A stretch of DNA of 63,810 bases, filler included, from Nitrospirae bacterium CG2_30_53_67 (GTDB lineage: Bacteria > CG2-30-53-67): NCBI GenBank assembly GCA_001873285.1. It is 5 parts of 5 records of this genome, joined end to end, with 100 filler letters (N's around TTAATTAATTAA, not from the genome) between each part and the next. Parts side by side here need not be neighbours in the genome. Positions count along the whole stretch, not along the records: positions 1 to 27,887 come from MNYV01000023.1; positions 27,988 to 43,112 come from MNYV01000079.1; 3 more parts are not named here. One strand, 5' to 3'. Below the pieces are notes generated by a model. It had not been told where the DNA came from, searched no databases, and was given only the letters and a program-made list of their open reading frames with translations. The number at the start of each line of letters is the position of its first letter. Position 1 is the first letter of the stretch. Below are positions 20,204 to 29,406 of this stretch, piece after piece. The translations under genes were made by a program, and so were the position numbers.

Positions 20204-21673
20204 TTACACCTTCTCTTTTGAAACCCGTTGCCTGATGGCTTTCCTCACCTCTTCACGGTCATCAAAGTGGAACCGATGATCCCCGATGATCTGGTAATCC
20301 TCATGCCCCTTCCCGGCCACCACCACCAGGTCTCCTGTTCCCGCCTCCTCGATCCCTTGCCGGATCGCGAGACCTCGATCCTCGATGACCGAGACGTCCG
20401 AACGCATGATGCCGGCAAGGATATCCCGGATGATCATTGCCGGATCTTCGCCGCGCGGGTTGTCCGAGGTGACGATCACCCTGTCGGAGAGCTCAGCCGC
20501 CGCCCTTCCCATCATGGGCCTTTTGCCACGGTCCCTCTCCCCGCCGCATCCGAAGATGGTGATCAGCCTCCCGTTGCAGAGCGTTCTCGCATTCTCAAGG
20601 AGGCGCTTCAGGGCGTCGTCCGTATGGGCGTAATCAACCACCGCCATGAATCCTGGGCCTTGAATCTTTTCAAACCTCCCCGGAACACCGGAGACCCTTG
20701 CCATCCCTTGAAGGATGACCGGATCCGGAATGCCAAGAGACACCCCCGCAGCCACGGCGCTGAGGATGTTGTAGATGTTATAGGCGCCGATCAGAGGGGA
20801 GTTGACCGCCAGTTCCCCTCGAGGGGTCCGGATACGAAAACAAAGACCATGGATCGTGCATTTCGGATCCATGGCCCGGAAATCCGCATCCTGATGCATC
20901 CCGAAGGACCAGACCGGTCCGGAACACTCCCTGATCAATCGTCTCCCCCACGGGTCGTCCATATTGATCACGGAAGCCCCGCCGGGTTTTGCATACGCTT
21001 CATGGAAGAGTCTTTGCTTGGCCTCATAATACGATTCCATGGTCCCATGAAAATCCAAGTGGTCCCTGGTCAGGTTGGTCAAGACCCTAATATTGTAACG
21101 GCACCCGAGAACCCTCCCGAGCGCCAGGGCATGGGATGAGACCTCCATGACGCAGGCCTCCAGCCCTTTCCCGATCATCCGGCTCAGGAGAGACTGCACG
21201 CGGAGCGCATTGGGTGTGGTGTTCGGCGCGGGCAGGATCTCATCCCCGATCTCATATCGGAGGGTTCCGATCAATCCCGGTTTCATCCCGGCTTCCCTGA
21301 GGATCCCCTGAATCAGCAGGGAGACGGTGGTCTTTCCGTTGGTGCCGGTGATCCCGACCAGGGTCATTTTCTCCGACGGATAACCATAGAAATGCGCGGA
21401 AACCCTGGCCAGCGCATCCATGGAATCGGGGACCGTGATCCCTACGGCCCGCCTGAGATTCAGTTTCTTCTCCGAGATGACTGCCACCGATCCCCTCTCT
21501 TCAGCCTTGGGCACGTGGCGCAGACCGTCCGTGTGCGCCCCTTTGACGGCAATAAACAGGAACCCGGGCTCCGTCTCCCTGGAATCATCCGTGATGCCGT
21601 TCACCTCTATGTTCTCCGTCCCTCCCGTGACTTCGGCGCCGGGAAGGACCTCCAGAAGCTCGTTCAACTGCAT
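20204..21673 (-). CDS. murE: MurE ligase (meso-DAP type)
   Basis: GTNGKTT, MEVSSHAL, DHLDFH, VDYAHT, GCGGERD, DNPR, GKGHE. Confidence 0.98.
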   Translation of the reverse strand: MQLNELLEVLPGAEVTGGTENIEVNGITDDSRETEPGFLFIAVKGAHTDGLRHVPKAEERGSVAVISEKKLNLRRAVGITVPDSMDALARVSAHFYGYPSEKMTLVGITGTNGKTTVSLLIQGILREAGMKPGLIGTLRYEIGDEILPAPNTTPNALRVQSLLSRMIGKGLEACVMEVSSHALALGRVLGCRYNIRVLTNLTRDHLDFHGTMESYYEAKQRLFHEAYAKPGGASVINMDDPWGRRLIRECSGPVWSFGMHQDADFRAMDPKCTIHGLCFRIRTPRGELAVNSPLIGAYNIYNILSAVAAGVSLGIPDPVILQGMARVSGVPGRFEKIQGPGFMAVVDYAHTDDALKRLLENARTLCNGRLITIFGCGGERDRGKRPMMGRAAAELSDRVIVTSDNPRGEDPAMIIRDILAGIMRSDVSVIEDRGLAIRQGIEEAGTGDLVVVAGKGHEDYQIIGDHRFHFDDREEVRKAIRQRVSKEKV

Positions 21674-23442
21674 GATGCGCTCCCGCTGATCTTCCGTATG
21701 GAAACCGGCGCATCATCGGCAGTAGAGATAATCGTCTCCGGCGACTTTTCAGGAGGCACCCTTAAATACCTGAGCGTCCTTTCCGCAATCCTCCTAAAGA
21801 CCGGCGCAGACACCACCCCCCCGTAATATGAAGAACCTTGGGGCTCATTCAACACCACAATCAGGGCGATTTCAGGATTCTTCGACGGAACCACACCCAC
21901 AAAAGAAGCCACATACTTATCCTTGGAATATCGCCTGATATTAAAATCGAATTTCTGAGACGTCCCGGTCTTGCCGGCAACCCGGTAGCCGGGAATGTCG
22001 GCAAGGGGGGCTGTCCCCTCTTTGCTGACGACCAATTCCATGGAAGAGATCATAAACTCAGCGGTCTTATCGGAGATCACTTTCGTGACCGCCCTCGGCT
22101 TATTCTCGAGGATCACCTTCCCCTCCGGGTTGATGACGTGCGAAACCACATAGGGCTGCATCCGGACCCCCTTGTTGGCGATCGCACACACAGCCGTCAG
22201 GAACTGGAGGGCCGTGACCGATACCTCCTGGCCCATGGATATGGAGGCCATGGAAAGTCCGGACCATTTGGAGACGGGCCGGAGCATACCTGGTGATTCG
22301 CCGGGAAGATCCACCTTGGTCTTCTCCCCGAGACCGAAATTTTTCATGGAGCGATAGAAATCCTTGTCCTTTAATTTTTCGCCGATCTTGATGGCCCCGA
22401 TATTGCTGCTGAGCTGCAGGATCTGGCTCACCGAAAGCCAGCCGTGCTCATGCGTGTCGTGATAGACCGTGGTGCGGAAATGATAGGCCCCGTTTTCACA
22501 GAAAAAAACATCCTGGGGTCTTACCGCTCCTTGGTCAATGGCGGTGGAGAGGGTGATCAATTTAAAGATCGACCCCGGCTCGAAGCTCTCAATGATCCCC
22601 CGGTTCTTCCGGTCCTGCGGCCGTGAATCCTGGAACTCGTTAAGATTAATCACAGGATAGCCTGCCATGGCGAGGATCTCTCCTGTAGAGGGGCGCATCA
22701 TCACCGCCATGCCCGACAGGGCCTGGTTTTCCACCACCGCTTTCTTCAGTTCCTCCTCGGTCATGTATTGGATCACCTTGTCGATGGTCAGAACCAGGTG
22801 GTTGGCGCCGGAAGGCTCCACGTAACCCTTGGCCTCGGTCATGATCTTCCGGCGCCTGGCATCCACGCTGGCAATAAACCATCCGGGCTGTCCCTTGATG
22901 TCGTTGTCGTACTGAAACTCGATCCCCTCCAGGCCCTGGTTGTCCAGACCGACAAAACCGAGGGGCCCGGAAGCCAGGGTCCGATTCGGATAAAAACGCC
23001 TGCTCTCATAAAGAAACGACACGCCATCCAGGTCGGCTTGATCCAGCTTTTGGATGACTTCAGGATTGAGTTTTCTGGCGATCCATACAAACTGTTTTTT
23101 CTTCAGGAGTTCCCTCAGAATCTTCCTGCGGTCCTCGCCCGTCATCTTCGCCAGGATGCCGGCCGCGGTCATTTTATCTTTAACCCTCGGAGGAACGGCG
23201 TAGACGGAGACCGTATCCACACTGATGGCCAGCTCGCGCATTTTGGCATCGTAAATCGTGCCTCGTTTGGGAACGATCTGCACCGTGCACTTGTGCTGCT
23301 TCTGCGCCATATCCTTGAGCATGGCATGATCCCTGATCTGAAGGGTATAGAGCCTGTAGGACACGGAGGCATACCCAAAAGCAAAAACAGCCATGATGAT
23401 CATGGCCTTGAATCGGTATCGTTTCCCGAAAAAATTCTTCAT
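21664..23442 (-). CDS. ftsI: Class B penicillin-binding protein (FtsI/PBP3)
   Basis: RGTIYD, EPGSIFK (SxxK), SSN, KTGT. Confidence 0.95.
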   Translation of the reverse strand: MKNFFGKRYRFKAMIIMAVFAFGYASVSYRLYTLQIRDHAMLKDMAQKQHKCTVQIVPKRGTIYDAKMRELAISVDTVSVYAVPPRVKDKMTAAGILAKMTGEDRRKILRELLKKKQFVWIARKLNPEVIQKLDQADLDGVSFLYESRRFYPNRTLASGPLGFVGLDNQGLEGIEFQYDNDIKGQPGWFIASVDARRRKIMTEAKGYVEPSGANHLVLTIDKVIQYMTEEELKKAVVENQALSGMAVMMRPSTGEILAMAGYPVINLNEFQDSRPQDRKNRGIIESFEPGSIFKLITLSTAIDQGAVRPQDVFFCENGAYHFRTTVYHDTHEHGWLSVSQILQLSSNIGAIKIGEKLKDKDFYRSMKNFGLGEKTKVDLPGESPGMLRPVSKWSGLSMASISMGQEVSVTALQFLTAVCAIANKGVRMQPYVVSHVINPEGKVILENKPRAVTKVISDKTAEFMISSMELVVSKEGTAPLADIPGYRVAGKTGTSQKFDFNIRRYSKDKYVASFVGVVPSKNPEIALIVVLNEPQGSSYYGGVVSAPVFRRIAERTLRYLRVPPEKSPETIISTADDAPVSIRKISGSASCS

Positions 23443-23480
23443 ACACTCCTCTAAACCGCGGCCGAATCCGGTAACGGGGT

Positions 23481-23840
23481 TTACTTTTTCGCCCTGGCCC
23501 TGATTTCCTTCACATAAAAGATCTGATTCGCTGACGGGACCTGCAGCCCCAATTCCTTGCGGGCCCGTTCCTCGACCTTGTCCAGGGAGACCGAGGTATT
23601 ATATTCCAAAAGGAGCTTCCGTTTCTCCTGGAGAAGCTTTTCCTGGTCCTGTTTCAGCACTTGAATATCATATCCGATTCGGACATACTGCACCCTCTCC
23701 CAGACTGCAAAAATCCCGACGAATAGACAGAACAGAACCGCAAACAGATAGGACCAGTGCATCTGCAGCCGGTCGGTCTTCTTCTTGGAAAAGATGTCTA
23801 TCTTTTGAGACCCGAGCAAAATCCCTGAACTGCTTTTCAT
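23481..23840 (-). CDS. ftsL: Cell division protein FtsL
   Basis: TM plus coiled coil, VEERARKELGL..P; lies between rsmH and ftsI. Confidence 0.88.
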   Translation of the reverse strand: MKSSSGILLGSQKIDIFSKKKTDRLQMHWSYLFAVLFCLFVGIFAVWERVQYVRIGYDIQVLKQDQEKLLQEKRKLLLEYNTSVSLDKVEERARKELGLQVPSANQIFYVKEIRARAKK

Positions 23841-24784
23841 GGCTGTCCCTCTATCTTCTCTGCCGCCCTGAGCCTCGCGCTTCGAGCCCACGGGTTGCCT
23901 TTAACCTCTTGCGGTGAAGGGAAGAGCGGCTTTTTGGTCATCCGTCTGAGGACGGGTAATTTCCCGCAGGCACAAACAGGCATATCAGGAGGACAGGTAC
24001 ACCCCTTCTCCAGTTCACGGAAGAACTGTTTGACGATCCTGTCCTCGAGGGAATGGAAGGAGATCACACAGAGGCGGCCTCCTGACTTGAGAATCTTCAC
24101 GGCAGCCTCGATCCCTTTTCGCAGGGCATTCAACTCATCATTGACCGCGATCCGCAGGGCCTGGAAGGTCCGAGTGGCGGGATGGATCCTATATCGCCTT
24201 GCGCCGGGAAGGGCTTTTTCAATCAAGCCTGCAAGTTCTCTCGTGGTACGGATCGGACCTTTCTCTCTTGCCTTCAGGATGGCGCCTGCCACCGGCCGCC
24301 ATCTCTTCTCTTCCCCGTATTCCACAAGGATCTTCCGAAGTTCATCGATCCCTGCGCCATTCACAAGATCATAGGCCGTAGGGACCGGCTCTTCAGGGTT
24401 CATCCGCATATCGAGCGGGCCGTCCAGCATAAAGCTGAACCCGCGCAAGGGAGTAGCAACCTGAATCATGGAAACTCCCAGGTCCATCAAAACACCGTCC
24501 ACTGAATCGAATCCGGCCTCCCGTATGAGCCTGCAAAGATCTCGGAAATTCCCCTGCATGACCCGTACCCTGTTTCTGAAAGGGCTGAGCCTCTCCGAAG
24601 CCCGTGCAACGGCCTCGGGGTCCCGGTCGATTCCGATGACCATCCCATCCGGGGAGGATTTCTTGAGCATGATTTCGGCATGGCCGCCGTCCCCGAGGGT
24701 TGAGTCCACGTAGAGACCGCCCGGCCTGATATTCAGCATGGATAAAGACTCTTCCCGCATGACCGGTCTGTGTTTTTTCTGCAT
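23837..24784 (-). CDS. rsmH: 16S rRNA m4C1402 methyltransferase
   Basis: HRPVM, DSTLGDGGH, DLGVS, PLDMRM, HPATRTFQALRIAVN, ISFHSLEDR. Confidence 0.99.
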   Translation of the reverse strand: MQKKHRPVMREESLSMLNIRPGGLYVDSTLGDGGHAEIMLKKSSPDGMVIGIDRDPEAVARASERLSPFRNRVRVMQGNFRDLCRLIREAGFDSVDGVLMDLGVSMIQVATPLRGFSFMLDGPLDMRMNPEEPVPTAYDLVNGAGIDELRKILVEYGEEKRWRPVAGAILKAREKGPIRTTRELAGLIEKALPGARRYRIHPATRTFQALRIAVNDELNALRKGIEAAVKILKSGGRLCVISFHSLEDRIVKQFFRELEKGCTCPPDMPVCACGKLPVLRRMTKKPLFPSPQEVKGNPWARSARLRAAEKIEGQP

Positions 24785-24886
24785 GTACCATAAACCTTCT
24801 TCTTCCCGTCATGGTTTAAACGGCGGTCTTCATCCGATAGGGCGGCGCGCCGAAAGGCATAATGCCCTGCTTGCAAACAGGGCCGC

Positions 24887-25324
24887 TTAATAGTTCTGAA
24901 GCCCGGCTGAGTTCACGGACGCCTTACCCAATCCCTTGAAGCTTTTGCCGTTGATGACCGCGACATCAAGGTCCTGAATCTGCTGGTCCTTCTGAATCTG
25001 CTGAATCCCGTTGCAGCAGCTTGTCACGTACTGAAAATCCTTGTATACGCCTACGATTTGAAAGATGTTCTTCAAATACCCGTTGACTCCCGTCAGGGCG
25101 AGCTCGCCGCCGGCCTCACGCTGCCGCTCGGCCGCCTGAGATAACCGCCTCAACCCCAGAAAGTTCACGTGATTGACGGCTCCCAAATCCAGAATGAAGA
25201 ACGTGTACCCTTTGCCGCGGGAATGATCGATGATCCCGCAGATCTGTTCCATGTCGCTCACGTCGATATCACGGTCCAGCTTCAAGATCATGATCTTCAC
25301 CTTCTGGTTCTTTAGAGTTGCCAT
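24887..25324 (-). CDS. STAS-domain (anti-sigma antagonist-like) protein
   Basis: ILDLGAVNHVNFLGL...GGELALTGVNGYLKNIFQIVG; GGAG RBS before MATLK. Confidence 0.8.
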   Translation of the reverse strand: MATLKNQKVKIMILKLDRDIDVSDMEQICGIIDHSRGKGYTFFILDLGAVNHVNFLGLRRLSQAAERQREAGGELALTGVNGYLKNIFQIVGVYKDFQYVTSCCNGIQQIQKDQQIQDLDVAVINGKSFKGLGKASVNSAGLQNY

Positions 25325-25392
25325 GTTCTCCCCTCCCAACCCGGACAAGCCGGAACCTATTTTTTCTTTCAATTCTGGCAGAAATTTTATTT

Positions 25393-25603
25393 GGTTCTTC
25401 TCCCATTTAGTGGGTAAAAAGGGTTCGAGGATTCCAGGGTTCAAGGGGTCAAGTGAAATACTAAAACGCAAGCAAAATCTCCAGAGAAAAACACTGGAAC
25501 CCTTGAACCCTCAGCCCCTTATGTTTTTAGCGCTTCACTTGACCCCTGGAATCCTTGACCCCTTGACCCCTGATGTCTTCACTCACTCTTTTGGAGATGA
25601 TCC
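25393..25603 (+). mobile_element. Complete ~210-bp MITE-like element with octamer tandem repeats
   Basis: Imperfect TIRs ggttcttctcccatttagtgggt / actcactcttttggagatgatcc; internal (gggtt/gggtc)caa and ttgacccc octamers in opposite orientation; 4 copies in the window. Confidence 0.85.
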
Positions 25604-25619
25604 TTTTATTTATAAATTA

Positions 25620-26054
25620 CTACAAACCGAGCTGCGTGAGCGCCTCTCCCAAATCCTGTGACTCTTGAACCAAGGCCTCATGCTCCTCTTGCCGTTTCTT
25701 ATCCCAAATCTCGATCTTTTTGAACATACCGATCAGAACCGCATCTTTGGACAGACCGGCATAGTCCCGCAAATCCTGGGGGATCAGGATCCTTCCCTGT
25801 TTGTCAATGGCGCACTCAGCGAGTGAACTTAAAACCATTCTCAAGGTATCTTCCTGCGCCTGGTTTCTATACTGCTGGCTTTTTGACTTTTCGAAGGTAA
25901 TCCATTCGGACAGGGGATAGGCGCGAAGACACCGGTTGTATTTCACCACAATCAGTTTTTCCTCGTAGTTGTTGGCAAGGACTTCCCGAAACTTGGCCGG
26001 GAAATTCAGCCGTCCCTTGGCATCAATGGTATGATTAAACCTGCCCCGGAACAT
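25620..26054 (-). CDS. mraZ: Transcriptional regulator MraZ
   Basis: MFRGRFNHTIDAKGRL..PAKFR, DKQGRILIP, IEIWD. Confidence 0.98.
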   Translation of the reverse strand: MFRGRFNHTIDAKGRLNFPAKFREVLANNYEEKLIVVKYNRCLRAYPLSEWITFEKSKSQQYRNQAQEDTLRMVLSSLAECAIDKQGRILIPQDLRDYAGLSKDAVLIGMFKKIEIWDKKRQEEHEALVQESQDLGEALTQLGL

Positions 26055-26059
26055 CTATC

Positions 26060-26125
26060 CTCCACAAGATCCCACTTCACCCCACCAATGAGCGCAGTAT
26101 ACCCACCTGACTCGCACAATGTCAA
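26060..26125 (-). promoter_or_regulatory. dcw sigma70 promoter with MraZ boxes
   Basis: TTGACA (26125-26120), 18-nt spacer, TATACT (26101-26096); three GTGG repeats at exact 10-bp period (26085, 26075, 26065). Confidence 0.8.
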
Positions 26126-26336
26126 GGAATTTATTGAAATTTTTTTGGCTTGGATAGACATCCGATTTGAAAAATCTTTCATGAAAAAACAGTTTGACAA
26201 AAAAATAGAAATCCATGATCAATATATTGTGTATGAATTTTTTCTTGGTGGATATATGGCATGAGCAGGGGAACCCTGCTTGCAGGAAAAAATATGGATC
26301 AACCCGTGGTAAAAAGTGGGAGGAAAATTTACCCCG

Positions 26337-27116
26337 TTACTTTTCCAGGAACCTTTCCAAGGTGTATTGTTTGGACCGGGATACGGCTTCATTCATGGAG
26401 CAGCCGAGCGCAAGATATCCGCAGAGGGCGGACGAAAAAATGCAGCCGCTTCCGTGAAGTTCTTTAGCCGCCCTGGGTCCCGGAAACGAGACAAAATCAA
26501 TTCCGTCGTAAAGAAGGTCCATAGGATCCCCTGAGCGATGTCCTCCGGTGACAATCACGTCCCGGGGACCGAGGGCCTGTATGGACTTGCACATCCTTCT
26601 GATCCATGAATCCTCTTCCTCATCAGGAGAGCGATCCATCCCGCTTAAGATCCCGGCCTCGGAGAGGTTTGGGGTGACCGCTGCGGCAAGCGGGAAGAGG
26701 GCATCCATCATGACGGAGACGCCCTCTTCATTCAAGAGGGGAACCCCGTTCGAAGAGCGAATGACCGGATCGATCACCAGAATCCTGGGGGGGAACCGTT
26801 TCAAAAAATCCACTGTAATACGAACATGGTCCGCAGAAACAAGCATCCCTGTCTTGACCGCATCGATCCTGAAATCGCTGAGCACGGTTTCAAGCTGGAG
26901 GGAAAAGGCCTCCGGGGCCACGGGAAAGACCCCTCGGACGCCTTTCGAATCCTGGGCCGTAATCGCGGAAATCACGGAGAGTCCGTACAAACCAAGGGCA
27001 TGGAATGTCTTGAGGTCGGCCTGGATCCCTGCCCCGCCCGTGGGGTCTGATCCGGCAATGGTGAGAACGATCTTATTTTGCACCGGCTCTACACGCTCCT
27101 TCTCCCTTGAATTCAA
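26337..27116 (-). CDS. thiD: Hydroxymethylpyrimidine/phosphomethylpyrimidine kinase
   Basis: LTIAGSDPTGGAGIQADLKT, KTGML, DPV, TPNLSEA, HGSGC; start may be GTG near 27083. Confidence 0.95.
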   Translation of the reverse strand: MNSREKERVEPVQNKIVLTIAGSDPTGGAGIQADLKTFHALGLYGLSVISAITAQDSKGVRGVFPVAPEAFSLQLETVLSDFRIDAVKTGMLVSADHVRITVDFLKRFPPRILVIDPVIRSSNGVPLLNEEGVSVMMDALFPLAAAVTPNLSEAGILSGMDRSPDEEEDSWIRRMCKSIQALGPRDVIVTGGHRSGDPMDLLYDGIDFVSFPGPRAAKELHGSGCIFSSALCGYLALGCSMNEAVSRSKQYTLERFLEK

Positions 27117-27229
27117 TCCGGTTTAAAATCATATCCATGGGAACCTGAAAAATCAAGCAGGAAGAAAGCCGGCCTAAGAAAGGGATCGCGGTGTTGGGCA
27201 TTATTCCCATCAAAAATGGAGATTTGAAC

Positions 27230-27259
27230 TTGACAATAGGGCATAGGATAGGGTAAATT
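27230..27259 (+). promoter_or_regulatory. Putative sigma70 promoter of the DUF6982-like gene
   Basis: TTGACA-18 nt-TAAATT. Confidence 0.4.
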
Positions 27260-27290
27260 GAAATCATTCAGATAATTTTTGGGGCATACC

Positions 27291-27728
27291 ATGGAATTTC
27301 GTCCTGCTGTTGTCGTTCATTATAAAAGTGGCGACATCAAAAAAGGGTATACCAGAAACTTCGCATTCTTCCGCAATACCTTTGACCTCACCGAAGTGGA
27401 CAGCAAGACCCAAGAAGAGCTGCAGGCCACGCAAGTACAGGTTGAGGATCTCAAGGCGGTCTTCTTTGTAAAGAACCTTGACGGAAACCCTGATTATCAT
27501 TCCCAACCCGATTCCGTTCCCGAACGGCACGGCTTCGGAGACCGCGTGGAGATCACCTTCATGGACAACGAAACCATGATCGGCTACACCCCGAGGTACA
27601 GGGAAAACAACAACGGATTCATCCTCTATCCGGCCGACCCCAAGATCAACAATGATATCGTCGCTGTGATCCGTTCCGCCGCACAAATCATCAAGCCGGA
27701 GCAGAAACATTCCTTTTTCTATCTTTAA
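27291..27728 (+). CDS. DUF6982-like conserved hypothetical protein
   Basis: VVVHYKSGDIKKGYT.NF, DLKAVFFVK, VEITFMDNE.MIGY, GFILYPADP..NN. Confidence 0.7.
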   Translation: MEFRPAVVVHYKSGDIKKGYTRNFAFFRNTFDLTEVDSKTQEELQATQVQVEDLKAVFFVKNLDGNPDYHSQPDSVPERHGFGDRVEITFMDNETMIGYTPRYRENNNGFILYPADPKINNDIVAVIRSAAQIIKPEQKHSFFYL

Positions 27729-27887
27729 ACAGGTGACGAAGACACAGCCGTAGATTCCCGGCCACGCTCTTTTTGCTGTTCATGAGGTAAAGTCTCCGGC
27801 CGAATAAAAAAATCTCATCCATCAGCCGGATGGTTTCCGGAGGATCCGAGCCCCGGCGTTCCGCACGGAGTTTCAATTCCTCCTCAA
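27691..27887 (-). CDS. C-terminal fragment of an unknown protein at the contig end
   Basis: Open frame EEELKLRAERRGSDPPETIRLMDEIF... running in from the gap. Confidence 0.3.
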
Positions 27888-27987
27888 NNNNNNNNNNNNN
27901 NNNNNNNNNNNNNNNNNNNNNNNNNNNNNNNTTAATTAATTAANNNNNNNNNNNNNNNNNNNNNNNNNNNNNNNNNNNNNNNNNNNN
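27888..27987. other. Artificial contig linker
   Basis: N run + TTAATTAATTAA (stops in six frames) + N run, 100 bp. Confidence 0.98.
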
Positions 27988-29241
27988 GGGCAGAACGCTT
28001 TAAAGCTGCTCCGGGAACAGTCTTTTGATCTGGTCCTGACCGACTTGAGGATGGAGAAGGTGGACGGCATACAGATCCTGCAGAAATGCCGTGAACTCTG
28101 CCCGGATACCGAGGTCATCATGATCACGGGTTTTGCCACACTGGAATCCGCCGTCGAGACCATGAAACACGGGGCGTTCTACTATATCGCAAAACCGTTT
28201 AAACTGGACGAAGTCCGCAAAGTCGTCAAAGAGGCCCTGGAGAAGGTCAGGCTGAAGAAAGAAAATATCCAGCTCAGGGAACAGATCGAAAAATTTCAGG
28301 GAAAGGTCAGGATCATCACACAGGACCCCGAAATGCAGCGCCTGCTGGACACGGCAAAACAGATCGCCCCGACGGATTGCAACATCCTGATCAGCGGGGA
28401 AAGCGGCACGGGCAAAGAGTTATTCGCCAGATTCGTCCATTTTCACAGCCATCGCTCTCCCGGCCCTTTTTCCGCCATCAACTGCGGCGCATTCACCGAA
28501 GAGCTTCTCGCCAATGAACTTTTCGGCCATGAAAAAGGGGCCTTCACCGGGGCCTCGGCTGCGAAGAAAGGATTGATCGAGACGGCATCGGGGGGAACGC
28601 TCTTCCTGGATGAGATGACCGAGATGCCTCCATCCATGCAGGTGAAGCTCCTGAGGGTGATCCAGGAAAAGGAAGTCCTGAGAGTCGGCAGCACGGAACC
28701 ATCTAAAGTCGATGTGCGCTTCATCGCCGCCACGAACCGTGACACCCAGGAGGCTGTCAAGAGCGGCCATCTCAGGCAGGACCTGTACTTCCGTTTGAAC
28801 GTGGTCTCTTTACATATTCCTCCCCTCTCGGAGAGAAAGGATGACCTCCCCCTTTTAAGCCATTATTTCCTGAAAAAATATGCCGTCCTGATGAAGAAAA
28901 GCGTCACGGAGATCTCAGAGGACGTCATCGCCCTCCTCATGGATTATGGGTTTCCCGGCAACGTGAGGGAACTCGAGAACCTCGTCGAACGGGGGGTCGC
29001 GCTCTGCAACGGGAATACCATAGAGATCGCCCACCTCCCTGAGGACCTCAAGGAGCTGAACATCAAGACCTTCCGCAAGAAGCATGGGAAGATCCCGTCC
29101 CTGGATGAACAGGAGAAGGCGTATATCCAATGGGTCCTGAAAGATGTCAATGGGAATAAAACACTGGCGGCCCAGATCCTCGGCATAGACCGGGTTTCCC
29201 TGTGGAGGAAACTGAAGCGATACGGGATCGAGAACGAGTAG
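27988..29241 (+). CDS. NtrC-family sigma-54-dependent response regulator (5' partial)
   Basis: Receiver (DLVLTDLRM), GESGTGKE, GAFTGA, LFLDE, PGNVREL, Fis-type HTH. Confidence 0.96.
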   Translation, partial: GQNALKLLREQSFDLVLTDLRMEKVDGIQILQKCRELCPDTEVIMITGFATLESAVETMKHGAFYYIAKPFKLDEVRKVVKEALEKVRLKKENIQLREQIEKFQGKVRIITQDPEMQRLLDTAKQIAPTDCNILISGESGTGKELFARFVHFHSHRSPGPFSAINCGAFTEELLANELFGHEKGAFTGASAAKKGLIETASGGTLFLDEMTEMPPSMQVKLLRVIQEKEVLRVGSTEPSKVDVRFIAATNRDTQEAVKSGHLRQDLYFRLNVVSLHIPPLSERKDDLPLLSHYFLKKYAVLMKKSVTEISEDVIALLMDYGFPGNVRELENLVERGVALCNGNTIEIAHLPEDLKELNIKTFRKKHGKIPSLDEQEKAYIQWVLKDVNGNKTLAAQILGIDRVSLWRKLKRYGIENE

Positions 29242-29278
29242 TGTTGCACAAAACAATCTTCTGTTGCATATTGCAATA
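29242..29278. promoter_or_regulatory. Tandem putative enhancer (UAS) sites
   Basis: tgttgcacaaaacaatc and tgttgcatattgcaata, 20 bp apart, upstream of a -24/-12 promoter. Confidence 0.6.
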
Positions 29279-29342
29279 ACCCTATCCGGCATAAATCCCG
29301 CCATTTCCAAGCATATCTCTTAAATATCAACAGCTTACCTCC

Positions 29343-29360
29343 TTGGCATCATCCTTGCAT
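29343..29360 (+). promoter_or_regulatory. Sigma-54 -24/-12 promoter
   Basis: TTGGCATCATCCTTGCAT; GG and GC are 12 nt apart. Confidence 0.85.
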
Positions 29361-29406
29361 AAACATACAAGTAGGCATATTAAAAAACATAAGCGAGGTG
29401 AGCATC

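Noticed and set aside
2605..24374. Long + strand ORFs opposite dcw genes (e.g. 3312-4157, 8248-9045, 17597-18562, 20228-21139)
   Set aside because: Antisense shadow frames typical of GC-biased codon usage, with no recognisable motifs.
24790..24886. Hairpins upstream of rsmH as the mraW RNA motif
   Set aside because: That motif is described from Actinobacteria and I cannot match it by eye. Part of this sequence matches the TTA-MITE end instead.
25325..25471. ORF-track N-terminal extensions of the STAS gene (and likewise mutL, miaA, yggS, GIY-YIG)
   Set aside because: These upstream starts lie in repeat elements; the recognisable domains begin downstream.
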